Below are positions 29,541 through 43,900 of a stretch of DNA of 64,000 nt, in pieces. Numbering within the stretch: the stretch's first letter is position 1; every line of letters starts with the position of its first letter. The stretch is from the human T2T-CHM13v2.0 reference genome, Homo sapiens. Where the stretch lies: NCBI RefSeq assembly GCF_009914755.1, contig NC_060929.1. The stretch is one strand, 5' to 3'. Under the pieces are notes generated by a model. It was given only the letters and a program-made list of their open reading frames with translations. It had not been told where the DNA came from and did no database searches. Position numbers and translations under genes: made by a program.

Positions 29541-29892
29541 CTAAAGCTTTCATCTTTTCTGCTTTCAAATTTCTCCAAATAGCTCTAGAAATTGCACCAA
29601 CAGGATCCAGGAAATAAAGCTTTAGGTGTATCTTACTTAGAGAAAGGACTCACACACCTTCTGTTTCCAGAGGTGACACACTTCTTCTGTGCAGTTCTCC
29701 ACTTGCGTTGACTAGAGGAATGGGCAAGTGGAGAATCAGACAAACCTCATATGGGGGTCTGCACTGTCACATCACTGAGAGTGACCTTGAAAATATTAAC
29801 CTCAATGAGGCTTAAAACCCTCATCTGTAATGGAGATCATTACAGTATATATTATCCAGGGTTGATGCAGTATCCAGGTTAAATAAGGCATG

Positions 29893-30303
29893 TGCCTTAT
29901 TCTATTTTCTATTGCTTATAACAGAATATCTGAAATTAGGTAATTTGTTTTAAAAAGGAATTTATTTCTTACAGTTATTAAGACCAAGAAGCCCAAAGTT
30001 GACGACCTGTATCTGGTGAGGACCTTTTGCTGCTAGTTCTGCTCTGCAGAGTTCTGAGATGGTGCAGGACATCACATGGCAAGGGGGCTGAGTGTGCTAC
30101 CTCAGGTCTCTCTTCCTCTTCTTACGGAGCCCTCAGTCTTGTTCTTGATATAACTCATTCATCCATTAATAGGCTAATCCATCCATGAGGGCAGAGCCCT
30201 CATGACAGAGTCACCTCTTAAAGGCCCCACCTCTCAATATTGTCGCATTAGAAATTACATTTCAACATGAATTTTGGAGGAGACAAATATTCAAACCATA
30301 GCA
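29893..30303 (-). mobile_element. MST (MSTC-like) MaLR LTR inserted in a MIR
   Basis: Ends ttcaaaccatagca; catgagggcagagccctcatga and cacctcttaaaggccccacctctcaat motifs. Confidence 0.85.
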
Positions 30304-30757
30304 ACACATACAACTCCTAGCACATCTTGTGGATTTTTTTACAAATGTTGTATTAAATCGAGGGAGAAGAAAAAAACCTCTTTGAATAATGTTTGCCCTG
30401 CAGTAGATGCTCAACTAACCTTTCAGGCAATGTTATCTGAGAGGCTTGATAACTTACAGAGATGTTCATTTTTGTTCCTATATTTCTCCTCCAGGAACTG
30501 TCTTTTGGGCCTTGTTTTCTAGAATAAGAGCTCATTAATAGGTAATACGGGAGGATGAGAGAGAGGGCAATGCCTCTGAAGACACTGTAGGTGATGAGGA
30601 GCGGTCCTTTGTAGACTGAGCAGGTCAAGATGGGCAGTACAGGATGCTGGCAGCACCCCAGGATGGGGCAGAATCTCCAAGAGCAACGGTATCCTGGATT
30701 GATATGTAAGCCAACAATGACTGAGGTTAAATTTCCTACCAACCATGTGAATGGAGG

Positions 30758-31065
30758 TTTTTTTTTTTTTTTTTTTGACTTCAGCTTTCTTTTTATTTAT
30801 TTATTTTTTAATTATACTTTAAGTTTTAGGGTACATGTGCACAACGTGCAGGTTTGTTACATATGTATACATGTGCCATGTTGGTGTGCTGCACCCATTA
30901 ACTCGTCATTTAACATTAGGTATATCTCCTAATGCTATCCCTCCTTACAAGAAAAAAACAACCCCATCAACAAGTGGGCGAAGGATATGAACAGACACTT
31001 CTCAAAAGAAGACATTTATGCAGCCAAAAGACACAGGAAAAAATGCTTATCATCACTGGCCATCA
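30758..31065 (-). mobile_element. 5'-truncated, 5'-inverted L1PA3/4 insertion
   Basis: Minus-strand L1 3' end (30811-30944) fused to a plus-strand ORF2 piece (30945-31065); TSD gtgaatggaggtttt at 30747-30761 and 31066-31080. Confidence 0.93.
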
Positions 31066-31649
31066 GTGAATGGAGGTTTTAAGACAGACTGCATTTAGCT
31101 TAAAGATAATTCAAAATGTGACTTTTTTATTGCTGACTTTGTGGAATAGGGTGACGATAGTGGTGGTGGTGGTGGTGGTAACACAGGCAATAAAAAGCTA
31201 TTCTGTGCCACTTTCAGGAAAAGCTACAAAAGATGTTAAAATGAGTCAGAAAAGCTTGGTCCTAGGAGAGGGTAGGAGGACAGCCCATGTAATAAAAGGA
31301 AGAAAGAAGGATAGCATAAATTAAGAAATTGCATCTCCAGAACTTTGCCTGTGATAGTGTCCTGCTGACTGGAATACTTGGGTCAGAGAATTTTTTTTAT
31401 GAATAAGCAAAATAATACAAACACTTACATTAGCCAAAGGTGATTTATCATATGGCAGGAACTGCCCTGGCCACATCCACCCCCTCCTGTGTGGGGGTTT
31501 TTCTCGGGACCACGAGATCTCTGGTTTTGCTTTCCTCTTCACTTTCATTCTACAGCTTTCTCTGCAAACCTGCAGTCTCTGTTTACCCCTCAGTGTTGAA
31601 GGTCCCAAAGAGCTTCCTCTCCCTAGAGGTCTCAGCCCCAAGTCCACAT

Positions 31650-31830
31650 GACCTTGAGGGTCCAGCACTAGCTCCCCACTGTCCCAAAAGCCCAATTTTA
31701 AATTCCCAGGAAAGTGAATCTAATTGGCTAGATTCAGCCAATGGAGTGCATCTCCTGGGTCAGCTGTCCACCTTGGTCCAATCAGCTATGGCCAGAGAGA
31801 GCCAGGGCCCTGCACTGTGAAATGTGGCTA
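31650..31830 (-). mobile_element. MLT1-family LTR fragment
   Basis: aattcccaggaaagtgaatctaattggc...tgggtcagctgtccaccttggtccaatcagctatggccag. Confidence 0.5.
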
Positions 31831-31991
31831 GAAAGGACCACTGTATAGAGGAAGCAGCTTTCAGCTGTGCTGAGCAGGCGCCTGTCCCAGGTGTCTGTGT
31901 CACCTGCCCCTCCTACCTTTCACCTGGTGAGCACCCACACAACTTTTAAGCCTCCTCAGGACCAGTTGGGGAATCAGCTCCTCCCTCCTGA

Positions 31992-32507
<516 letters not shown>

Positions 32508-35013
32508 TTATATTTTAGCCCTCTAATATTAGAGGCCTTTGAGGTACATATCACTATTGCCCAGAAAGATGGAATGATTTATTTATGCCCCACAGCCCAT
32601 TAGAGATGGAATAAGGGTTTGAACCCAGGTTTCATGACTCCAGATCCCTTAACACAACCATTAAGACCAGTCTTATTCTCTGCTGCAGATGTTTTCACAA
32701 CCTCTTGGTTTTATAATCTCTAAGAGATTTATTTGAATAACACTATTTGCCTTTTTTGAGGGGTTGTGGGAGAAATAATTAGTGCTTATCCACTGCCTGA
32801 AAATGGCAGGTTGTAAAATGTAGCGATCTAGTTCAGTCTTCATTTTTAGATCTATTATAGAACATGAAACTCTACTCTGCAATCAGAGTAGAAAGGCTTT
32901 TCTTTGTCTGTTTACTTAAAAGTTTATTTGAGCCCTTGTTAAATTCCTTTTTCTAAGAAGCATTTGCTAAGTGACGGCTCTGTGCCCTCCCCAGCGCTAT
33001 AAGCTAGTGATACAAAGATGAATACAAAAGACAGATCAGATTAGAGCCTGTTGGAACCTGAACTTTGGCTTCATGGAATTTATCACAATTTTAAATAATT
33101 AACTATTTATGTGATTATCCCATTAATGACTACCTCACCCATCAGGCTGGACAACCTGTGGAATGGAACCTGTCTATCTTTTGTTCACCACTATCCTGGT
33201 GCCTGGAACAGTTCACCCTCCAGGAGCTCCGAGTTTGATGACAGAGACACATCCACACAGACCACTATAACACAGGGAGACCCGTGCTCCACCAGAGGGG
33301 TGGGGTGTACAAGGGTTATGGGTCCTCAAAGAAGGAGCCAACCCATTTCCCTGGAGGAGAAAAGTAACATGGGAAGGTTGCCCAGAGGAGGTAGATAATT
33401 GAATATGACCTTAAAGGAGGAAGGGGAACTTTGGTTTTTCTTTTTTTTTAGACAGCCATGCTCTGGTGCAACTCCCCATCACTCCTACCTCCTGGCTACT
33501 TCATCCCAAGGCCTGACAGCTGGGGTCCCAGGGAGGCCTGATTCATGAACTAGGGGATGCTTGTCTTTTGTCCTTTATTTTATCTGGAATAAGGGGTCTT
33601 GAACACTAGGGACTCTTGCCTACAAGGATGCTCATATTGTTTATATTCATTTTGAATATTTTATATCATCAATCTGCTACTCCCTCCTCTGTTCCTAAGA
33701 AACTCTGAACATCCTGTCTTTGCATGTATGACATATTGTAGATTCCTGAGAAGACCTCCTTTCCTCCACCAGACTGGGAGTCCCCCAAGGACAGAGTTCA
33801 TGAGTCAGCCCTCTCGGTGACCCCAGATGCCAGGTCTTGGAATGAAGTAGCCACTCTGTAAATATTAAAGTACATTGAGAAAGAAAGGAAACAGAGAAAT
33901 TCTCCCATTGGGGTATCTTGTTTTTAAGATAACTTATATTCTGACTGCCAGGGTCCCTGAAAGACAGTGTTTGTCTCCCAGAACAGTAATAGCCACGTTA
34001 ACTCATGAGGATTATAATTCAGAGCAACTTTTAATAAAAGGAGATATTTACTTTGATATTAAGGTTCCAGCAAAACAAAATAGGACAAATTAATGCATGT
34101 ATGTGGAGTCATATTTGTCTTAATAACCATGGCCCTTTCTCAGGTTGAAAGATGGCAGCTAAATGTCTTACTCTGGATGTCTTCAATGTGTTTTATCGCC
34201 ATTTAAATCTGAGATAAATGCTTTGAATTCTGAAAGCATGTTTCAAAAAGCTCAACAGTTTTAACTGAGATGATTAAAATCCAATTGCAAATCATTATCC
34301 CTTCTATTACATTTTGCTCATTATTCAAAATGTGGACAATAGAAATCTAACCAGATTTGAGATTTTTCCTGTCTCATTGCCTGTATTCATTCATTCATTC
34401 ACTCGCTCATTTATCCATTCTTCCTATCAAATGTTTCTTACGTGACAGACTTTTGTAAAGCAAAATCTTCCCCTCATATTCTACTGTCTCTAAATTACTC
34501 TTGCGAGCAAATCTTCAGACAGCATTGCCAGAGAACAGCTGACATTTGGAAGGTTATTTTGATAAACTAGTCACTATCACTGCTTCTGCAGACATTTTTC
34601 TCCACCCAAGGCCATTTAAAATGCCTGACTCCTGTCTTTCAGGCTTTGGAGTCAATAGCTATGAAATCTGATGAAGAATACTGAACATTTAACAGTTTGT
34701 AACTCACTTCACCATCTTGCTGCCCAGATGCATTTCTATGATTGTTTCAGTTAATTTTTCAAATCCCCTAGTTCCTCTGTTAATGCATAGTCCACTGTCT
34801 CTGTCTTAGATCTCCCTGCCACTCCCACACTGAAAATCCTATGGACATATTAGGACGTATCCTCCTCCTCCTTCTGCTCTTTTGAAAGGCCAGATAGAAC
34901 AATACATAAATAAAGCCAGAAACCGAGAGAACTGAAGAGTCTGACTAATCCAGTCATGGCTACCACTGTAGCACTCATTACTTCCACCCATCTCTACTAA
35001 GCTCTAGTCCTGG

Positions 35014-35179
35014 ACAGCCTTGCTACACAGTGTGGCCCACACGCCAGCAGCATCAGCATTTCCGGACAGTCGTTGGCCAGGCAGAATCTCAGCTCCATCT
35101 CAGACTGACTGAATCAGGACCTACATTGTAATGTGATCCCCAGGTAAGTCACAGGCACATTACAGCCTGGGCGGTGCTG
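35014..35179. mobile_element. MER5A hAT MITE
   Basis: agtgtggcccacacgccagcagcatcagcat...gcagaatctcag...ctgaatcag...gatccccaggt. Confidence 0.75.
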
Positions 35180-35362
35180 ATCTAAGATCCTTGTGTCCAC
35201 TAGTACATCATGACCTAGTGGCCCCAGATCCCTGACAGTGTCACAGTGGTGCCCACTTTGATGTTTGACACAATTGCAGCTCCCTTCATGCTTGCTCACA
35301 AGCCCAGCTCTGTTTCTACTGGGCCAGGGCAACTGAGGCTGGATGGGGTTTTCTAACAATAG

Positions 35363-35743
<381 letters not shown>

Positions 35744-35904
35744 TAGAAATTCCCTTCCTTCCTGGTGAGTCGCACACTTGGCTCCTGATGTCCTTTCCTG
35801 CCAGGGATTCCCAATAGCATTAAGCCTCAAAAACAAAGCAGATTTCTAGTCTTCTCCTTCTAGGAGGTCCTTTGGCCCATGTGCATATTTAATGCTTCTT
35901 TCCA

Positions 35905-38160
35905 GTGAACAGCCAAAGCAATTTTGAAAAACAAGAAAAATAAAAATTGGAGGACTTAACACTATCTGATTTCAGGGTTTAATACAATGCTGCAGGAATC
36001 ATGATAATGTAGTTATGACATAAGGACAAATACATCGATCAATGGAACAAAAAAGAGCATTCAGAAACAGACTAGCACCTATGTGCCATTGATTTCTGAC
36101 AAAAGTGTAAACTTAATGCAATGGGGCAAAGAAGGGTCTTTTCAAGCAAATGGTACTGAAACAACTGGACATCAATTTGGGGCAAACACATTTAACCCTT
36201 ACCTAATACCATGCATAAAGTTATTTCAAAATAGATCATAGACCTAAATATAAGAGCTAAAACTACAAATTTACAATACTTATGAGAGAAAACCTAAAAT
36301 CTCTGTGATACTGAGATGGCCAAAATTTCTTAGATAGGATACAAAAAGGGTAAACTTTAAAAGAAAAAAATAATAACTTAGACTTTATAAACATTTAAAA
36401 CCTTTGCTTTTCAAATGACATTGAGAAAAAGAAAAGAAAGTTCACTGACATAAAGAAAAAATTATATATATCTGATAAATTACATATCTAACATATAAAG
36501 TATTCCTCAATAATTATAAAATGGTCTAGTAAAAACAGTGAAAAGATTTAACCAGACACTTCACAGTAGAAGACATATGAAAATGCAATAAACATCTTAT
36601 ACTAGTCAAAATGGCTGTTATTTAAAAGTCAAGAAATAATAGGTATTAGCGAAGATGCAGAGAAAAGGGAACTCTTATACACTGTTGGTGAGAATGTAAA
36701 TTAGTACAATCTTTATGGAAAACTATGGAGATTTATCAAATAACTAAATATAGAACTACCACTTGATACAGCAGTCCCACTTCTGGATGTCTACCACAGG
36801 AACATAAATTACTATATCAAAAAGATACATTCACTCATATGTTTATAGCAGCACTATTTACAATAGTAAAGATATGGAATCAGCCTGTGTCTATCAACAA
36901 ATTGGATAAAGAAAATGTGGTATGTCCACACAATGGAATACTATTCAGCTATATAAAATATGAAGTCATGTCTTTTGCAGTAATATGGATGGAACTAGAG
37001 GCCATTACTTTAAGTGAAACAACTCAGAAACAGAAAGACAAATATCATATGTTCTCACTTATAAGTGACAGCTAAATAGTGTGTACATATGGATATAGAG
37101 TGTAGAATGACAGACAGTGGAGACTGGGAAAGGTGAAAGGGTGGGAGGGTGATGGGTAATGAGAAATTACTTAATGGGTATAATGTACGTTATTTGAGCG
37201 ATGGATACACTAAAAGCCCAGACTTCATCACTACTTAATATATCTATATAACAAAATTGCACTTGCAGCCCTTAAATTTATACAAGTTAAAAAATGTGAA
37301 AACATAGTCAAAATATTTTGTCAAAGGATAATGAAAACAAAAACCATAATGAGATACTACTACACACCTACTAGAATGGCTAAATTTTTAAAAATTGGTC
37401 ATATCAAATGTTAATGAAGATGAGTGTGTACAACCACTTTGTTTAAAAGCCTGGCAGTTTATCGTTTTTAGAAATTACCCATATACCTTCCATACATTCC
37501 AGTCATTTTACTCTTCGATATTTTCCCCAAATGGAATTAAAACATATATCTACACAAAAATGTGCACATGAATGTTTGTGGAAAAATTTTTCATAGTAAA
37601 CAATTGTGTATATTCATACAGTGAAATAGTACTGTATTAGAATGAATAAACTACTGATACATGCAATACGGTTCAACTTAAAATCACTATGCTGAGCAAA
37701 ATAGGCCAGACACATAATAGTACATATTATACAGTTTCACCCCTATGGCATTCTAGGAAAACAATTCTCTTCTTTATGACAGAGAGTAAGCAACTAAGCA
37801 ACTGCTGCCTGGGGCCCAACGTAGGCATGAGGATTTACTGCCAAGGGGCATGAGAGATCTAGGGAAGATAAAAATTGTTCTATAGCTTAATTACGTTGGT
37901 TACAAACATGTATATATTTGTCAAAACTCATAAAATTATACACTTAAAAGGGTGAATTCAATGTTATGTAAATTATTTCTTAATAAATTTGCTTAATCAT
38001 AGCATGGGAGGAGGGAAAACTAGATTGGAATACAGATAAAACAAAGTTAACCATGAGTTGGTCATTTTTGAACCTGGGTAATAAGTACATAAGGATTCAT
38101 TATACTACTTTCTATACCTTGCATAAGTTTGAAATTTTCTATTAAAAACAAGTGAAAAAT
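35905..38160 (+). mobile_element. Old L1 (L1ME/MD/MC-type) ORF2 3' part and 3' UTRs, interrupted by a younger L1MA
   Basis: agccaaagcaattttgaaaaac...ttggaggacttaacactatctgatttc ORF2 relic; old 3' UTR motifs tcaaaactcat...cacttaaaa and ggattcattatacta...tttgaaattttc. Confidence 0.75.
36593..37294 (+). mobile_element. L1MA (L1MA1-3/L1PB-like) 3' end
   Basis: gatggatacactaaaagcccagacttcatcactac...aacaaaattgcacttg; degenerate TSD aaatgcaataaacat/aaatgtgaaaacat. Confidence 0.8.
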
Positions 38161-38876
38161 GGGGGATTCTGGGAAACAGTGGAGTAGGAAGCAACAGGAA
38201 TCTGTCTCCCCAGACAACAATCATACCAGCAGAATCTATCTGACAGAACTATTTGGGAACTCTAGAGTGTACTGCAGGCTTGCAACTTTCAGGAAAAGGC
38301 CTAGATGATAAACTGCAGTTAACTTCAATTTTAGCTCTTAGCTCGGCAGCAGCTACACATGCCACACCCCCAACCCCATGGCAGACAGCTGTGCATGTGT
38401 TCCTAGGGGACCCTGCACACAGCCCGTGGGAGCCAGTGTGGGAAAGAAGGAACCTATTCTCCAACTCCTAGGGACCAATGTTCTGATCACTGATTCCTGC
38501 TCCTGGTCACAGAGATGGATAGTCACTGTTGTACCCCTTCCCAGTTTTTACAAGCCCCTCTCCTGTGCTGAAGCAGCTCCAGGGGATATAAAAGATAAGT
38601 GGCTTTCTCCCATCTTCATTTTTCTCTTTTGAGAGCTGGTCATTAAAGACTAGGACATTCAAAAGCAATTGCATATAAGAGGAAATTAGAAAGCCACTAT
38701 GCAAACCCAGGGGATAGCACACACTCAGAAAATCCCTGGGAAGACTTTAAGTTTACACCCAATGCTGATCCTCAACATGGAGACAGTTTACAATAATCAA
38801 AAGAACAAAACAATAAAAATTCAGCAAACTCAGGAGAATGGGATGAATCTGCCTTCCAGAGTTACCACATTACTAG

Positions 38877-39243
<367 letters not shown>

Positions 39244-40167
39244 TCAAATGTCTAGTTTTTGACAAAACATCACAAACTATACAAAGAAACAGGGAAGAAT
39301 AGCCTATTTAAAAATCAATAAATAAACCAGCAGAAACTGTTCCTGGGAAAGATCAGTTAGCAGACTTACTAAACACTTTAAAACAGCTATCTTAAAGAAG
39401 CTCAAACAACTAAAGGAAGATGTGAAGAAAGTCAAAAAAATGATATATGAACATTATGAAAATAATAATAAAGGCCTAGAAAACCTAAAAAGAAATTCTA
39501 GAGCTGAAAAGTATAATAACTGAAATCAAAACTTTTACTATAGGGATTCAAAGGCAGATTTGAGCTGGCAGAAGAATCAGTGAACTTGAAGGTAAGATAA
39601 CTGAAACTACTGAGATGAAGAACAGAAAGAAAGAAGCTTGAAAAAAAGTGGACAGAGCCTAAGGATGGGACACCATCAAGTGGACCAATGTATGCATTGT
39701 GGGAGTTCCAGAAGAAGACAGAAAGAAAGGGGGAGGGAGATTATTTGAAGAAATAATAGTCAAAATATTCCAAATTTGATGAAAGATATAAACGTAAACA
39801 TTCAAGAATCTAAATGAACCCAAGCAGGTCTCAAAGAGACCAACACCAAAACACATTATAATCAGATTTTTGAAAGACAGAGAGAGAATATTAAAAGCAG
39901 CAAGAAAGAAATGACTTGTTACATGTGAGGGATCCTCAGTAAGATTAGCCGCAGATTTCTTATTAGAAACTGAAGGTCAGAAGGCAGTGGCTGATATGGT
40001 GAAAGTACTAAAAGATTTTTCTTTTAATTTCATTCAAGAATCCTATATCTGGCAAAGCTGTCCTTCAAAAGTGAAGGAGAAATGAAGACATTTCCAGATT
40101 TTTAAAATAATAGAACCGACCTGTAAGAAATCTTAAAGGGAGTTTTGCAGTTTGAAATGAAAGGACA

Positions 40168-40356
40168 GGCTGGGCATGGTGGCTCATGCCTGTAATTCCG
40201 GCACTTTGGGAGTCCTAGGCGGGTGGATAACTTGAGGTCAGGAGTTCGAGACCAGCCTGGCCAATGTGGTGAAACCCTATCTCTACTAAAAATACAAAAA
40301 TTAGCCAGGCGTGATGGTGTGCACCTGTAATCCCAGCTACTCAAGAGCCTGGTGGC

Positions 40357-40360
<4 letters not shown>
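40168..40360 (+). mobile_element. AluS with most of the right arm deleted
   Basis: Left arm intact; cccagctactcaaga joins directly to gcctggtggcagag. Confidence 0.88.
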
Positions 40361-40512
<152 letters not shown>

Positions 40513-40676
40513 CAAAGCATAGTAACTTGAAGCTTGAAGCTATACAAAGAAATAAATATTTCACTAATAATAAATACATGGGTAATTATAACAGTTACTA
40601 TTATTGTAACAATGGTTTGTAACTTCTCTTTTTGTTTCCCGTGTGATTCAAGACTAATACATTTTAATAAATAATT

Positions 40677-40968
40677 GTGGCTCACGCATGTAATCCCAGC
40701 ACTTTGGGAGGCTGAGGTGGACAGATCACTTGAGGTCAGGAGTTCAAGACTGGCCTGACCAACATGGTGAAGCCCATCTCTACTAAAATTACAAAAATTA
40801 GCCAGGCATGGTGGCATGCACCTGTAATGACAGCTACTCAGGAGGCTGAGGCAGGAGAATTGCTTGAACCCAGAAGGCGGAGGTTTCAGTGAGCTGAGAT
40901 TGCACCACTGCACTCCAGCCTGGACAACAGGGAAAGACTATGTCTCACAGATAAATACATAAATAAAT
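40677..40968 (+). mobile_element. AluS (Sx/Sz-like)
   Basis: gtggctcacgcatgtaatccc...cacttgaggtcaggagttc; (TAAA)-type tail. Confidence 0.9.
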
Positions 40969-43900
40969 ATTACTCTAAAAGCTAGTATTATTGAAACTTT
41001 GACTTGTAGCTCCACATTGTTTTCCATTTAATTTATGAGACTATTTAAAAAAAAACTATTAGTCTATATTTTTAGACATACAACATACCAGGATGAAATT
41101 TTGTGACATAAGTAACTGAAAGGGGTACTGAAGAATTGTAAATGAGCAGATTTTGTATGTTATTGAGATTAATCTGGTATAAATTCAAATTTAGTGTTAT
41201 AACTTTAAGATGTTAAATGTAATCCTCATAGTAACTATAAAGACAATAGCTATATAATATACACAAAGGAAATGAGAAGGGAATCCAAGCATGTTACTAC
41301 AGAAAAATCAACTAAACACAAAGAAAGGCAGTAAGGGAGAAATGAGGGCCAAAAAAAAAGCTAAGACATACAGAAAAAAATGGCAATATTAACTCCCTCC
41401 CTATTTATAATTATTTTGAATGTGAATAAATTAAACTCCTCAATCAAAAAACATACTATTCCAGAAAACTCAAAAGGAGGGAACACTTCTACACATATTC
41501 AATAAGACCAGCATTACCCTGATCCAAAGCCAGGCAAAGACTCTACTAGAAAATAAAACTGTAGACCAATATCCCTTATGAACAATGAAACAAAAATCCT
41601 CAACAAAATACCAGCCAGCAGAATTCAACAGTACAAGGATTATGCACCTTGACCAAGTGGGTTTTATTGCTGGAATGCAAGGATAATTCAATACACAAAA
41701 ATGAATCAGTATAATACAGCACATTCACAGAATAATAGGGAAAAGCACATGATCATCTCAATTGATGCAGAAAAAATATTTGACAAAATTTAACACCATT
41801 TTATGATTACAAACACTCAACAAACTAGGGATAAAAGGAAACTACCCCAAAACAATAAAAGCTTTATAGGAAAAATCCAGAGCGAACATCATATCCAATG
41901 GTGAAAGACTGAAAGTTTTTCCTCTGAGATCAGAAAGAAAGCAAGGACCTCATATAGCCAAAACAGACTTGAAAAAGAAGAGCAAAGTTGAAAGACACAC
42001 ATTTCCTGATTTAAAAACTTACTACAAAGCTACAGTAATCAAAACAGTGTGATACTGGCATAAAGACTGACATAAAAACCAATGGAACAGAACAGACAGC
42101 CCAGATATAAACCTTTACATTAAGGTGTAATCATTTTCAACAAGAGTGCCAAGCCTATTAAATAGAGAAAGGAGAAAGGACAGTCTTTTCAACAAATGCT
42201 GCTGGGAAAACCAGCTATTTACATGGAAAAGAATGAAGTTACACCCTTATCTAACACTACATACAAAAATTAAGTCAAAATGGACCAAAGACCTGAACAA
42301 AAAATGCTAAACTATAAAACTCTTAGAGGAAAACACAGAGCAGAACTTCATGACATTGGTTTTGGCAATTTTTTGGATATGACATCAAAGGCATAGGCAA
42401 GAAAATTTAAAAATAGACAAATTAGGCTTTGTTGAAATTAAAAACTTGTGTGTGTGTTAAAGAACACTATCAACAGAGTGAAAAGGCAATCTATTGAATG
42501 GAGGAAAATATTTGAAAATCATAGATCTTATATGAGATTAATATTCAGAATATATAAAGAGCTCTCAAAACTCAAAAAAACTCAAAAGTGGGCAAAAGAA
42601 TTGAATAGACATATCTCCTAAGAAGATATACAAATGTCCAATAAGCACATGAACAGATTCTCATTGTCACTAATGAAGAAAATGGAAATCAAAACCACAA
42701 TGAGATACCACCCCATACCCATTGGGATGGCCACTACCAAAACAAAACAAGCATTAACAGAAAATAACCAATGTTGGCGAGGACATGAAGAAATTAGAAC
42801 CCTTGTGCATGGTTGGTGGGGATGTAAAATGGTAAAATTACTGTGGAGAACAGTATAGCAATTTCTTAAGAAATTAAAAATAGAATTACTGTATGATGCA
42901 GAAATTATACTTCTGGGGATATAACCCAAAGAAGTGAAAGCAGGGTCTGGAGGAGGTATCTGTACATCCCTGTTAGCAGCAGCATCATTCACAATAGCCA
43001 AGGGGTGGAAGCAACCCGTGTATCCATTGATAGATGAACGGATTTTTTTAAAATCTGGTCTGCATATACGATGGCATATATTCTGCCTTAAATAGGAAGG
43101 GAATTCTGATGTATGCTACAGGATGAAGGAACCTTGTGGACATGATGCTAAGTGAAATACGCCAGTCACAAAAAAAGACAAATAGCATAGGATTTCACTT
43201 AGAAGAGGTACCTAGAGTTGTCAAAATCGTAGAGCTAGAAAGTATGGTAGTGGTGGTTTCCAGGGACTATGGGAAGTTACTTTTTATTGAGTTCAGAATT
43301 TCAGGTTGAGATGATGACAAAGTTCTGGAGATGGATAATGGTGATGGCTTGTGAATGTACCTGATGTTACTAACTGTACACTTAAAAATGAATAAAATAG
43401 TAAATTTTATGTCATGTACTTTTTGCCATAGTTTTTTTAAACTTTCATCAAAAAAACAGAGTTAAAAAACAGCAGCAACACTGCACAGTGCTAATCCAGC
43501 CCATGTGCTTCCATGCTGCTGCCTTTAGTTTGGCACTTGCAAGTGAGAAAGAGAACTGGGGGAAGGGGGAGAGAAAGGCTATGGTGGAAGGGGCAGAATA
43601 GTTCCCAGAGGCGTACCTCGAAACCTTGTGCCAGGCACTGAGTTTAACACTTTATCTTACTTTCATTCAGTCTCTTCTATGAGTTATTCTCATTCCTATT
43701 TTACAAAGGGGAAATTGAGTTCTGCAAATTTCAAGTAATTCACCTAAGGTCACACAACTCATATGTCAGAGCAGAGATATGATCACAAGTGAGCCTGGTT
43801 CTCCTGTATCTTGGTGCCTGGGAGGGGGCTGGCTTAGCAGAGGGGCATCCTGCATAGCTCCAGCTCAAAGGTGATCAATAACTTGTAGGGTGGGCAGGAG

